Below, piece by piece: positions 10,892-23,293 of a stretch of DNA of 36,300 nucleotides. The DNA comes from Octopus bimaculoides (Eukaryota), in contig NC_068989.1 in NCBI RefSeq assembly GCF_001194135.2, forward strand, positions 57,407,083 to 57,443,382. Direction: 5' to 3'. The position numbers and the translations under genes were made by a program. The notes under the pieces were generated by a model. The model worked only from the letters and a program-made list of their open reading frames with translations. It ran no database searches and was not told where the DNA came from. The number at the start of each line of letters is the position of its first letter. Position 1 is the first letter of the stretch.

Positions 10892-11110
10892 AGGCGGTGA
10901 GCTGGTAGAGTCGTTACCGCGCCGGGCAAAATAGTTAGCGGCATTGTGTCCGCCTTCATGTTCTGAGTTCAAATTCCGCCGAGTTCCTCTGTGCCTTTCA
11001 TCATTTCACGATCGATAAAATTGTACCAGTTGAGTACTGGGGTTGATGTAATCGGCTTGCTCCCTCTGCCGAAATTGCTGGTCTTGTATCAAAATTTGAA
11101 ACCAATATTA
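10892..11110 (+). mobile_element. tRNA-derived SINE family B, full length
   Basis: ggcggtgagctggtagagtcgtta (A box), gagttcaaattcc (B box), gcctttcatc..tcgataaa...gtaccagttgagtactggggttgatgtaatcg..., tail aaatttgaaaccaatatta; at least 10 related copies in window. Confidence 0.9.
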
Positions 11111-11571
11111 CTGGCATACATAAAAAAAACAAAGTAAAGTATCAATTAAAAACAATTAGCTCAGATCTTGACTGCTCTGTGGTGCGGATTCACGGCATTT
11201 TCTTGAGAAGAAGAACGAATGTGTATATATCAATGAAAGCATTTCTCCCGGCACGCCGCCTTATATAGACGTAAATAATAAATTATTTATTCATTGGAAA
11301 AGATGAGGTCAAGAAACTAGAAAGTTTATAATTGTATTATAACGAAATTATGTTCAGTAATGATGTCTTTAGTAATGATGGTAATAAATACCCACTCACA
11401 TGAAGGCATACGCAGGCTCACTCACACGCGCACATATACACATATATGTGTGTGTGTACATATATATAGATATATATATACATATATACACATATTTATT
11501 ATATGTGTGTGTATGTATGTATATATACACACACACACACATATATATACATATACATATGTGTGTATATG

Positions 11572-11602
<31 letters not shown>

Positions 11603-11632
11603 ATGTATGTATGCATGTATATATATATATAT

Positions 11633-11689
<57 letters not shown>

Positions 11690-11820
11690 CATATAAGCAA
11701 CATGTGAAACCTTTAATCCAAGCACGTTTTTTTTCTGTTCTCTTTCTATTTCTTTTCGTTTCTTTCTCTCTGTCTTTCTTTTTTTCTTTCTTTCTCTCTT
11801 TTCTTTCTTTTCTTTCTTTC

Positions 11821-11952
11821 TCATTCCTTTCTATGCAAGAGCGTAGGATCGAAACGTCAAAGACTTTTCCATTTTTCCTGAGCGTCAAATTAATACACCT
11901 TGTTTATTTTTCCCTCATCTGTCTCTGTCTTTAGCTTTTGTACATCCGAACT
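11821..11952 (+). mobile_element. Second copy of probable Penelope-like terminal repeat
   Basis: Alignable to 2304-2447. Confidence 0.55.
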
Positions 11953-12047
11953 ATATATATATATNNNNNNNNNNATATATACATATATATACACATGTAT
12001 ATATATATATATATATACACACATATATATACATATATATATATACG

Positions 12048-12089
<42 letters not shown>

Positions 12090-12090
12090 G

Positions 12091-12158
12091 AGGCGCGGGC
12101 ATGGCTGTGTGGTAACAAGCTTGCTTCCTAACCACATGGTTCCGGGTTCAGTGACACT
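12091..12158 (+). mobile_element. SINE family A head only
   Basis: ggcatggctgtgtggtaacaagcttgcttcctaaccacatggttccgggttcagt. Confidence 0.85.
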
Positions 12159-13184
12159 CAATATGAAGCCTGTTATTTATTGTCTGTATATTTCTATGTC
12201 TATTGCCCCTTATAACCTCGTTAAGGGACCACGCATTTTTGTCTGATTAAATTGTATCGGTGGAACATTGAGCTTCTGGGTTCAATTCTATTGCGTGCCA
12301 CTTTATACATATACCTGTTAGCCTTGTATTAACTAATCTCTTAGGTGTGGAATTTTCTTGATGGAAACTGTTCTGTAACGCGGAACTAAGGATCCTAATA
12401 TATGTTTAAACCCCACGTTGTCGAGACCTATTTTACTGTCCTTCTCTTTATGTACTGTATATTATTAGAAATAACACATTTTGATCAATTCAATCAACTA
12501 TACACAATATAACGAAGGTTTAGTAATGAAATGTTGTAGGGGTGGGGGCAGGTTTCATTGAGTATTTGACCCACACCCATACCTTTTCTTAGTCCATTAT
12601 CTCCACCCCCAATGATGTATGGCATTGTGCCAATCACAGAAATCAATATCATGTTTTTACGAACAGGCAAATTGACAGAGACGACCTCAAACACAACAAC
12701 AACGAATAATGAGAATTGATTAATTAAATACGAAACTAAGGAGACGGAAGTCTTCCTAATGTTAACATGTCACAACTAGGAGAGACAGACAGAATACGCA
12801 CATATACACATACATATACATACATGTGCACATGCTACATATTTGTGTGTGTGTTTGTATGTGTATGTGTGTGTATCTGTATACATATAGTAATGCATAA
12901 ATATACATACACATATACACATTACACACGTACACACACGCACATGCACGCACACACACGCACATACACATGCACGCACACACACATACACACACGCACG
13001 CACTTGGTGCAGTTAGTCGTTGAAATAATCGATATTGAATATTAATTGATAGGAAAAACATACCCTGACCTGATTTAACTGCTCTACTTTTCTATGTTCA
13101 ATCATCATGTTTTCCTTTTGTTACCTTCAATCATATATTTCAGAAAAACCTGAACAGCTTATTTATTTATACACGAACCATTAT

Positions 13185-13293
<109 letters not shown>

Positions 13294-13787
13294 TTGCGTG
13301 CGTGTACGTGTATGTATTAATTAATCTAGAATAATGAATTGCAATGCAGAACAACTGACATGCGGTTTTGGTTATCATTTGCAAACCGTTTCACATCACA
13401 CAAATAATGACCTCAAATATCAAAACTTGCATCTCACGTAACCTCACCTTTTCGAACTCTTCATACCGTGTTAATTATGATCATATACTTGAGTGTGAAG
13501 CTAATGTCTTTCTTTAAATACGACGCTAAACACTAAACAAGCAGACATTACAAGCCATTGAACAGGATGTCTTTTCTATATTCAATGTAGAATGAGCGAA
13601 CTGGGGAAAAAGACGTTGGTCTAAGATTGCAGCAGTAAATACATTTGTGAGTTCCAGTTGCCATAGATAGCGGATAGTTGCCATAAACAGCGGATAATCT
13701 ATGACTTTGTTTTCTAGCCATAGAGGTGGACAAATTTGTATTGTTATTTTGGTTGCAAGCTGATAGTAGCCTCAATTTTCGGAGCAA

Positions 13788-13888
13788 AGCCAGCAAATTC
13801 AGAGCAAGTTGGGGGTCTAGTCGGTTACATCGATCCTAGTACTTGACTGATACTTTATTTTATTGACCCCAAAAGGATGAAAGGAAGG
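13788..13888 (-). mobile_element. SINE family B fragment
   Basis: gtcggttacatcgatcctagtacttgactgatactttattttattgaccccaaaaggatgaaagg is the reverse complement of the family B body. Confidence 0.8.
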
Positions 13889-13978
13889 GAGCCAGAAATT
13901 TCTCAGTTTTTTTCAATTTCTCTCTTATCGACTCTGCTGTCACAGGGAATTGCAAAATCTATGATCTTACACTGTTCG

Positions 13979-14014
13979 TTACTACTACTACTACTCCTAC
14001 TCCTACTACTACTG

Positions 14015-14073
<59 letters not shown>

Positions 14074-14089
14074 GCTGCTGCGACTGCTG

Positions 14090-14142
<53 letters not shown>
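13979..14142. repeat. (CTA)n microsatellite with CTG/CTC interruptions
   Basis: Direct reading. Confidence 0.95.
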
Positions 14143-14143
<1 letters not shown>

Positions 14144-14161
14144 TTAATAATNNNNNNNNNN

Positions 14162-14443
14162 CGCCTTCGGAAACATGGGTGTTTTGCTCAACGTCCTTAA
14201 ACAAACCTTATTCAGGGACCTTTTGAATGGGATGAGCTACTCGACCTGAAGAAAATTCTAACTGGGCCCCACCTGCGAGGTCTTGCGCTGTTTATCTTGA
14301 TATGAGATCACCATGTCGCGCACATATGGTTGTGATGCATGTGCCTGGTGTATCCTTATCAGACGGGTTGTCATGATGGGTATAATGGGCTTCGTATATT
14401 TTACCCCAGTGTCACTTTGATGGCATGCACTGCTCTCTCACTC
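14162..14443 (+). mobile_element. Probable retroelement 3' end terminating in (AAT)n
   Basis: Unique GC-richer 282-bp block ending ...gcatgcactgctctctcactc immediately followed by (aat)n 14444-14480; 5' end lost in gap preceded by taataat. Confidence 0.55.
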
Positions 14444-14480
<37 letters not shown>

Positions 14481-14561
14481 TTACTCCAACTACTATTGTT
14501 ACTAATACTATTATTATTATCATTTTTATATTATTATACTATAACTGTTATTATTATCATT

Positions 14562-14895
<334 letters not shown>

Positions 14896-15469
14896 NNNNN
14901 NNNNNNNNNNNNNNNNNNNNNNNNNNNNNNNNNNNNNNNNNNNNNNNNNNNNNNNNNNNNNNNNNNNNNNNNNNNNNNNNNNNNNNNNNNNNNNNNNNNN
15001 NNNNNNNNNNNNNNNNNNNNNNNNNNNNNNNNNNNNNNNNNNNNNNNNNNNNNNNNNNNNNNNNNNNNNNNNNNNNNNNNNNNNNNNNNNNNNNNNNNNN
15101 NNNNNNNNNNNNNNNNNNNNNNNNNNNNNNNNNNNNNNNNNNNNNNNNNNNNNNNNNNNNNNNNNNNNNNNNNNNNNNNNNNNNNNNNNNNNNNNNNNNN
15201 NNNNNNNNNNNNNNNNNNNNNNNNNNNNNNNNNNNNNNNNNNNNNNNNNNNNNNNNNNNNNNNNNNNNNNNNNNNNNNNNNNNNNNNNNNNNNNNNNNNN
15301 NNNNNNNNNNNNNNNNNNNNNNNNNNNNNNNNNNNNNNNNNNNNNNNNNNNNNNNNNNNNNNNNNNNNNNNNNNNNNNNNNNNNNNNNNNNNNNNNNNNN
15401 NNNNNNNNNNNNNNNNNNNNNNNNNNNNNNNNNNNNNNNNNNNNNNNNNNNNNNNNNNNNNNNNNNNNN
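14896..15469. other. Assembly gap; right edge shows a family B tail (gcaaaatttgaaataattatt)
   Basis: Ns; 15470-15492 matches the family B 3' end. Confidence 0.95.
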
Positions 15470-15495
15470 CTGCCCTTTTGGCAAAATTTGAAATA

Positions 15496-15543
<48 letters not shown>

Positions 15544-17158
15544 GTTTTTATTACTATCATCATCATTATATTCCTTTATTCACAAAGCGTTGGCCCGTTC
15601 TCTAATATTTGATGCGCATAGAATTAGCAGAAATAAAAGAAAAAACAAAAATCGAATTTGCTCTATCAAAATAAGTCAGCTCTGATTGAGTAGATTCATT
15701 AGCAAAACTATTCTATGACTATCCGAAATTTTCAAGTTGTCTTCAACTACATTATACAATATATCCTTTCTTGTATAAGACAGTTGGGTTTGATTTGCGG
15801 TAGATTTTGTTGCCATTTCTAGCTGGTCGGTTGATCACGTAGAACAGCTTTCCTTCTGGTTTGTAATCGCCAATAGCAACCCGGTAAAACAACGGGGTTT
15901 CTGCTTGTTCATGTAAAAACATTTAATTTAGACGTTACATATAATAGCGTATAGATTAAACTCCTGCTTAGAACACAAAATGTTCATAACATGGTCTCGA
16001 TCTCCAGTCGGAAATAATTCTCTCGTGACAGTAATGCTCTTTGTAAACACATGAAACACATTTTTTTCTTTTTTCATCAAAATATTTACAGCTTCATTCT
16101 TAAATGGAATATTATTATTTCAGTTGCTTTGCTCAACTTTGAAGAAGAAAAAGTCAATAATTTAACTATTCTCTAATCAGAAATATTAATCAATGTTGTT
16201 TACTTCATAGATAGTAACCTCAAGAAAAGTGAAATAAATCATTTTTAACGATTGAATTCGAATTTTATAAAAGCTATAAAATAATAGCGTGTAGCTTATG
16301 GCATGTGCTGCCTTCCACTTTCTTTCAATCCTAGGACTTTTTTAACCCAGCATTTTACACGCTATTATTCTATAATATTTTCTGCTTCGAATTACACCGT
16401 TAAATACTGTTTATAAATCAATAATATGTTGGCGCTATTTTGATATAAGAAAGAGATGCCGATCATTAGGAGTATGTTTTGAATGCTTCACGTTCACAGG
16501 ATGATTTTGAACTCAGTACATCAAGCTGACGAAATACTTTTCTGTTCCATTATGCAACTCCTGCCTACTGCAGGGAACTTCACCACAACAATATACTGTT
16601 ATTACATGTAAACTGACGAAGCCATTGAAATTTCATTGACTGATCAATGGCGAACTAAATGTCATTGCTTAAATGATGTTTATCACGTCTGGGTGCACTT
16701 CATAATTTGATATGCACTGCAAAGAAACTAAACTCATCTCACTTAGACATGCTTATCAATGTGAAATATAAGATTGACTGTCATTGCGATCAATATCAGT
16801 AAGTGATAAATTACTAGTTAAACAACAGCTGGTCTCGGGAGTTAAAAGACCAGTTAGCTAGATAGTTTGTAAAACATTATATAAACAGAATTTCTGTGCT
16901 AGATTCCAAACTTTAACGAGAGTATTTATTTGCGGTTTCGGTAAAAAATTTATTGCACTCTCGACTCTTTTGTGTGTGGGGGGGGGGGGGCGTGCGTGTG
17001 TACGTGTGTGACCTGTAACACGTAAGTTTTCAATAGGACATGTTGAAAGGAGATCTACAATTACGTGTGTTTAGAGAGGTGTTGAATTATTGACTGAGAA
17101 GTGCAAGCAGGATGTGTTGAATTACTGCAGAGAAGTGTGAGCAAGCCGNNNNNNNNNN

Positions 17159-17193
<35 letters not shown>

Positions 17194-17207
17194 CATTTTG
17201 CCACAGA

Positions 17208-17770
17208 ATTCCAATATTTGATAACGTTGACAGGAGGATATTGTTATCGACTCTGTCGAACGCTTTGCTGAAGTCAAGATATATGACATCAGAGTTTGAA
17301 CTTGATCTCAAAACTTTACGGACATCATCGATGTGACGTGAAAGCTGCCGCAGCGAAAGTCATGCTGGGTGGAATTTAGAAGATTGTGGTTCTCCAGGAA
17401 TCCAGTTATCCTTGATCCCACCACCCTTTCAAACACTTTGATTATACGGGAGGTGAGTGAGATTGTGCGATAGTTAACTGAAAGACACATGTTTCCTCCC
17501 CTTTTTGAAGACCGGGATGATAGATTGGGATGAGAACTATTACCGTACATAGCCTGAGTATATAGAATTTCCATCAGAAGTTCGTTAAAGGGCTTGCAAG
17601 TTGGTGTCTGCGTTCCTTCAGGACACTAGCTGGGAATCTATAAGAACCTAATGCAGAATAATATTTGATTTCACTTATTGCTACTATGATCTCTGAGCAG
17701 TAAAAGTTATATCAGCGGTATTATGTTGGGGATAGTGTTCGTTCAGATCCCTTGCATCAATATGTGTGGA
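17208..17770 (-). mobile_element. Decayed CR1-group LINE ORF2, N-terminal half of the reverse transcriptase
   Basis: Stitched minus-strand translation: ..DITFT..IIVAISEIKYYSALGSYRFPASVLKERRHQLASPL ... NYRTISLTSRIIKVFERVV.SRITGFLENHNLLNSTQHDFRCG ... DVIYLDFSKAFDRVDNNILLSTLSNIGI, matching non-LTR RT motifs GPDG, NYRPISL, QHGFR, LDFSKAFD; frameshifts and stops present. Confidence 0.9.
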
Positions 17771-18118
17771 ATAACTAAATACGCTAATAAGATGGAAAAA
17801 GCACTAATTAGGAGAATTTTTTAAAAATCAGCCAACTGAAATACTATCGTCAACAGCATCCACATTCAACAGCAATAATAAGGCTTGAATTGGAGAAATA
17901 TTATCTGCAGATCTGCATGGAAACCTGCATCGATAACCAAAGAGCTGCAGAGAAAAATTGAGTAATGAAAAAGAATCAAACAGAACACAAAAGTGTTCTG
18001 TTCATATGCCAGCAAGAGCGTAGGACCGCTTTCTCACCCGTTGGTCCACTGATAGATGATAATGGCATTTTCCACCATGACGTAAGGAAATTGCAGAAGT
18101 CCTGCAGAAACAATATTG

Positions 18119-18127
<9 letters not shown>
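17771..18127 (+). mobile_element. Inverted upstream segment of the same LINE ORF2 (linker preceding the RT)
   Basis: Plus-strand pieces RIKQNTKVFCSYASKS, VGPLIDDNGIFHHDV, IAEVLQKQYCSL resemble the CR1-group IKxNPKxFYxY..VGPLxDxxG..AExLxxQYxSVF linker. Confidence 0.7.

Positions 18128-18182
<55 letters not shown>
18119..18182. repeat. (CT)n microsatellite at end of inverted LINE segment
   Basis: Pure CT run into small gap 18183-18199. Confidence 0.95.
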
Positions 18183-18654
18183 NNNNNNNNNNNNNNNNNT
18201 CTCACTCTCTCTCTCTTTCTCTATCTATCTATCTATCTATCTATCTCCCTCTCTCTCTTCCTCTCTCTTTTTATTTTTCTCTTTCTGCGTCAGTGTTTAT
18301 GTCATCTGCTTGCGTTTTTTGTCTCTCTCACTCTCCTTCTCTCTCTTTCTCTCTCTCTCTATACATACATACATACATATGTATAAATATTTACAATTAT
18401 ATATTTACACGTCTATATAACAGAGCAAAATAAACATACACATGTGTGTGTCTACACACGCACACATAAACACACACACACATAAACACACACACATACA
18501 CACACAATAATGTATTCTGTTTTATCTATACGCGTTTGTTTCTAGACATCATTCGTATACCATTTTTTAAAATTTTTGCTTTATATACTTTTTCAGTGAC
18601 CACACTCATCATATCATATTATAAATATCAAACCTTAAACTACAACATCTGAGT

Positions 18655-18776
18655 GCTTCGGGGTCGATTAAATAAGTACCAATTAATCACTGGGGTCGAT
18701 GTAATCGACTTAATTCCCTTGTCTGTCCTTGTTTGTTCCCTCTATCTTTAGCTCCCTGTGGACAATAAAGAAATAA
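18655..18776 (+). mobile_element. Family B-related SINE 3' half with an alternative tail
   Basis: ggggtcgattaaataagtacc...ggggtcgatgtaatcgactta then gtctgtccttgtttgttccctctatctttagctccctgtggacaataaagaaata instead of the usual ...aaatttgaaacc tail. Confidence 0.8.
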
Positions 18777-18798
18777 ATATTATAATAAATACGTCTAT

Positions 18799-18918
18799 GT
18801 CGACTTTGCCCTTCATCCTTTCGGGTTGATTAAATAAGCAGTTGAGCACTGGGTCGATGTAATCGACTTACTCCCTCCCCCGAAATTGCTAACCTTGTGC
18901 CAAAATTTGAAAGCAATA
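18799..18918 (+). mobile_element. SINE family B 3' half
   Basis: gtcgactttgcccttcatcctttcggg...gccaaaatttgaaagcaata. Confidence 0.85.
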
Positions 18919-19094
18919 TGAGAATAAATATTTACCCTTTAGTTTTGTGTTAAAATGTTCCTCTAGTCCGCAAGCTCAAACGGATTTATATGTGTGTGCA
19001 TACGCGCATACATACACATGCATACACACACATGCATACATGCATGCATAGATGCCAGGCATTCATACATTGTTAATAAAACACAATATCAACG

Positions 19095-19148
19095 ATTTTA
19101 TCAGTTTCATACTAGCTGTTGGGATAACTCCAGCAATCATCAGAAAAG
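19095..19148 (-). ncRNA. Degenerate hammerhead-ribozyme-like motif
   Basis: Minus strand tttt-CTGATGA-tt gctg gagttatcccaa cagc tagtat-GAAA-ctga-TA-aaat; core present but stem II off-register and stem I only 3 A-U pairs. Confidence 0.3.
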
Positions 19149-19274
19149 GCTGAAAGGAATGGTATGTCGGCTCTTTGCTACTGGGGGTTCGTGTTCTATT
19201 AATATTGATATTCCCATTCTGTTGACCAATATATCATTGCTATTTTTCTGTCTCATGGACTTTTAGACAACTGT

Positions 19275-19545
19275 GTGTGCGTGTGTGTGTGGGGGGGGGG
19301 TAATTGAGTGTGTGTGAGTCTGTGTGTGAATGAGTATATGTGTGCGCGTGTGTGTGTGCGTCTGTGTGTGAGTGAGTGCATGTGTGTGAATGTGTGTGAG
19401 TGTGATTTTGTGTAAGCGACTGTGTGTGTGAGTGTGTGCGTGTATGTGAGAGAGAGTGTGTGTATGAGTGTGTGTGAGTGTGTATGTGTGTGTGAGTGTG
19501 TGTGAATGTGTGTGAGTGTGCGTGTATGTGCGTGTGTGTGCTTGC
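19275..19545. repeat. Degenerate (TG)n/(TGAG)n low-complexity tract
   Basis: Direct reading. Confidence 0.85.
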
Positions 19546-20067
19546 ATCTATGTTAGTGTTATCTGTCTACATCAGTGTTTGTGTCATCTGCCTACGTTTT
19601 TGTTTATGTTAACACTCATAAGATAGAAACAAATAGACAAATGATGTAGCAAAGTGAAACACGTTGTGGGATTATGGTCAAAACGCTGAACTAGACTAGA
19701 ATGGCTGCAGCCAAAATGCTGGAATCAGTAAACGAATAAAAGAATAAAAGAATATGAATGTGAAGTTTAAACAGCCCTCAGAATGGCCTCTGGTTATATT
19801 GGATAATCCCATAAATAATGCGTGTTTTTATACTTCTTTTATTTTTCGAAATTAAGATAAACAAAGTTCTTCTTTAATCTAAAATATACTCTCCTTCATT
19901 TTCGGCAATGCTCTTCCACTTACTTGGTAGACACGCAAGGCCTCTCTTTCAAAATTCACTTGTCCGTGACGAAAAATACTCCTCCAGTACTGTTTTGGCT
20001 TCGTCTACAGAATTCGTACTTTTTTCTGTCCAAACAGTTACATATATATATATATATATACATATAT

Positions 20068-20361
20068 ATCAAAATAAGCAACAAGGATATCCAAAAGTAA
20101 TGCAGTACGATCGTTCCATGCGACTCCATTTAATTGAGCTATGCAAACATTACATCAAATATAAAATGTAGAGCAATCTTCAGTTGCACAAAGATATAGA
20201 AATTTAATGAAATTACATTCATTAAATTTCTATATCTTTGTGCATCTGAAGATTGCTCTACATTTTATATTTGATGTAATGTTTACATTGCTCAATTAGA
20301 TGTAGTCGCATGAAACGAATGTACTGCATCTCCTTTGGATATCCTTGTTGCTTATTTTGAT
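20068..20361. repeat. Long fold-back inverted repeat, 144-bp arms, 6-nt loop
   Basis: 20068-20211 is the reverse complement of 20218-20361 with 11 mismatches by hand alignment and no indels; loop attaca. Confidence 0.95.
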
Positions 20362-23293
20362 TTTAATCACCTTATTTTGAAACTGTATGGATAATACCAT
20401 ACTAAATTCTGGTGCCTAAACTTAAGTACCATATTCACCTGAATATAAATATATATATATATATACATATATTTGTGTGCGTGCGTGTGTGTATGCGTGT
20501 GTACGTGTGTATGTATGTGTGTGTGTTTGTGTGTGTATGTATGCATATTGATCTCTTTTAGACTAATGATCTATACATAGTAACAGTTACACTACTTAAA
20601 TGGGAGATAATCAGAGCTTTAAAGAGGTCGCTACAAGGCTATTTCAATATCTAATCCTGACTGAAATATAATAGCGTTTCAAAATACCTGATATTTTAAT
20701 CAAGGTCAATGGACAAGAGCTGTGAAGTTATTAATAGTTCATCACATCGCTTTCTTCTCAAGAGATTGATCCTGTCTGCTTATTTTCTGCAAAATATATC
20801 AATACAAAGTGTATATATCAATACAACTAAGCGAGCCCCACCTGTGCATTTGTATGCGTGTATGTACATGTGTATGCGTGTGTATACACGTATGTGTGTA
20901 TCTGTGAGTACACGATACCCTCGGCGTTAATCTGAGCCACTGAACACGGCACGTCCAGAAGAGATTTTATCTCGAACCAAAAGCGTACTAACATGTCTGT
21001 CAACGCACACACCCACACGCGCGCACACACACACGCACATACATTAAGTATGATACATAGATGGTTATTTTTATTTAACGCTACCACAGTGGCGTACATC
21101 GGATTATATATATACGTGCCTGTTGCAAGAGAGACAGAGGTGTGTGGTGGGGGGTGGAATATAAAGTATTCTTGGACTAGATTGAAACCTGAGTTTTTAC
21201 GTTCATTTTCTTTGTTCTCCGATTGCGCACTTAAAATCTCTTTGTACTTGTTATATGTTACCTGTGCCTATTTTAGTATTGTTAGTAGGCTGCGGGAAAT
21301 CACAGAAGCTATAAGGGCATATAAAAACACTTGTGATGAGCAAAATCATTCTCGCTTCTTACTATTCTTATAATTCAAGGTATGATTCCAATCTCAAGGT
21401 GATGGCACTGCCTTGGATCTTTTGCTTACAATAGTGACCTAACTCTCCTGCTATTCCTACTGGTACTTTTTAATATTAAGTGAGTTTCACTGCTTTTACT
21501 CAGCCATGAGACTATAAACTGCTGGTCACGGATCACAAAGCATCGAACATTTGATTTATAGTTCTTATACTCTATAAACATGACTTTTGAATTATTTCTA
21601 GAGTGAAACCATACTGAAGTAGCCTCCTCTTTCCTCATTTTCTCTCAATATATATATATGTACACCAAAACATTAGCAATTCATGTAACTCGTGTAACCG
21701 ATACTAATCTCTTGTAACCTACTAATCCTTTGGAAACCACTAGAAACTTTGTTTCCGTTTAATGAATATTGCGAGAATGCAGAAGTGTAGAGTTTTAGTG
21801 TTTAATATTTGAGTCCGTTACTTCAAGCTAACACTTGTGATTTATATGCTGTCCAGAGAAATATATTTAATTATTAATGTTTTTTGCACTCTTAGATATT
21901 ATAGATTGAGATGTATTTCATTGCTGTAGGTAATGAAGGCTGTATACAAATTGCATTTGAGTTGTTAATATTCCGAGTTCATATCTGCCCATGAGCAAAA
22001 TCTTATACTGGCATCCTATATAGAAAGATAGATATTTCTTAATCATTTAATACTTAAAGCTTCAACATAAATCCTTCATTACACTATCATACCTGTAGGA
22101 AAATTGCCGTGGGTAAAAAGTGAGTTGTAAGTTACGAAGATTATATGTTATAATTCATAAGTAAAGGATTTTCTTCGAAACTAGTAGATCTAATACTAAA
22201 AGGTATCATCTAAAACATTGATAATTTCACACAATATCAGTGATGAATTACCGTATACATAGCCATCATACAAAATTATCACTGAGCCATTGTAAATGAG
22301 TATCATAGAATAGGGTAGACCCATTGATCTCATTATAAACACTTAAATTGAATAGGTGATTCATTAATCGAGTTAAAATCCCTTTTATGAGACTTGATTT
22401 CACAATCACGCGATAAGCCAACGGAACAGAGGTGGTCTATTCACAAAAATAGTAGAGATTTTATTCGATGTCATGTTATCACTCTTCGCATTTCTCTCTA
22501 AGACTGTACATAAAGCGGTAGAAAACTGCAGCCACAACAGTAAGAATGACAAGTAAATCTTAATGGCGCCTTTACGTATGCATGTCCTCTAGAAACACAA
22601 TCGAAATATTCTTGAGCTTTATTCAATAGAAAGAAAGCATCAGTAATTCTGAGATTCGTATATATTGACTATGAATAAAGCTATGAAAAGCTAATTGCAA
22701 AACTAAAGGAAATCTACGACATCCTCTTTCATTGCTATAAGAGGTGTTCTACAAAGTACGAGATGCAGATCACTTAACTCGGTGCGATTTACGTTTGCCA
22801 TTGATCGGCTACTTCGTTAAATCTAGTATTATACCTGACAAGATCATCTTTAATTTGAAAATTGGGCGTCTTTCGAAAACTTCCTCAAATGCGATGAAAC
22901 TCCATAACCATTCAGACTCGCTAGTTGTATATTTGGTTTTCGCAGAGCGTATCCAAACAGAATTAAGTTGGGGGTTTTTTCTAATGCAAAATGCTACCAC
23001 TTGAAAACGATCTGAGTTTTAAATTAGCTATTTATTATAGTTTCTTGCAAACTAAGTAACTACGCAAATCAGAATAAAATTTAAGGTTTATATCTCTCTA
23101 CGTAGAGTGGAATCAGTAAAATATAAATCGAAAACGTTTTGAAGATTAAAGCAGCTCCAAGTCTAACATTTTATATCTATGACAGTCGCTATAATGTAAA
23201 AAGGTTCATTTGCATAACGGTCCGTTGATTAAAGCGCTGTTTTAGGGATGGATAAGGCATTTGTCTATCTACCATGATGATTGTAATTTAATA

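Noticed and set aside
13657-13696. 20-bp direct duplication gttgccata(g/a)a(t/c)agcggata x2
   Set aside because: Ordinary slippage duplication; no flanked element.
13877-14204. Poly-Leu / poly-Val ORFs resembling signal peptides or transmembrane segments
   Set aside because: Product of the (CTA)n microsatellite.
14215-14290. Possible HDV-like ribozyme fold (gacctg...cgaggtc pairing)
   Set aside because: Could not assign the nested double pseudoknot or catalytic C by eye.
16608-16650. CTGACGA-agccatt-GAAA hammerhead-like words (and CTGACGA at about 16526)
   Set aside because: Stem II only 2 bp and no stem I pairing; expected by chance.
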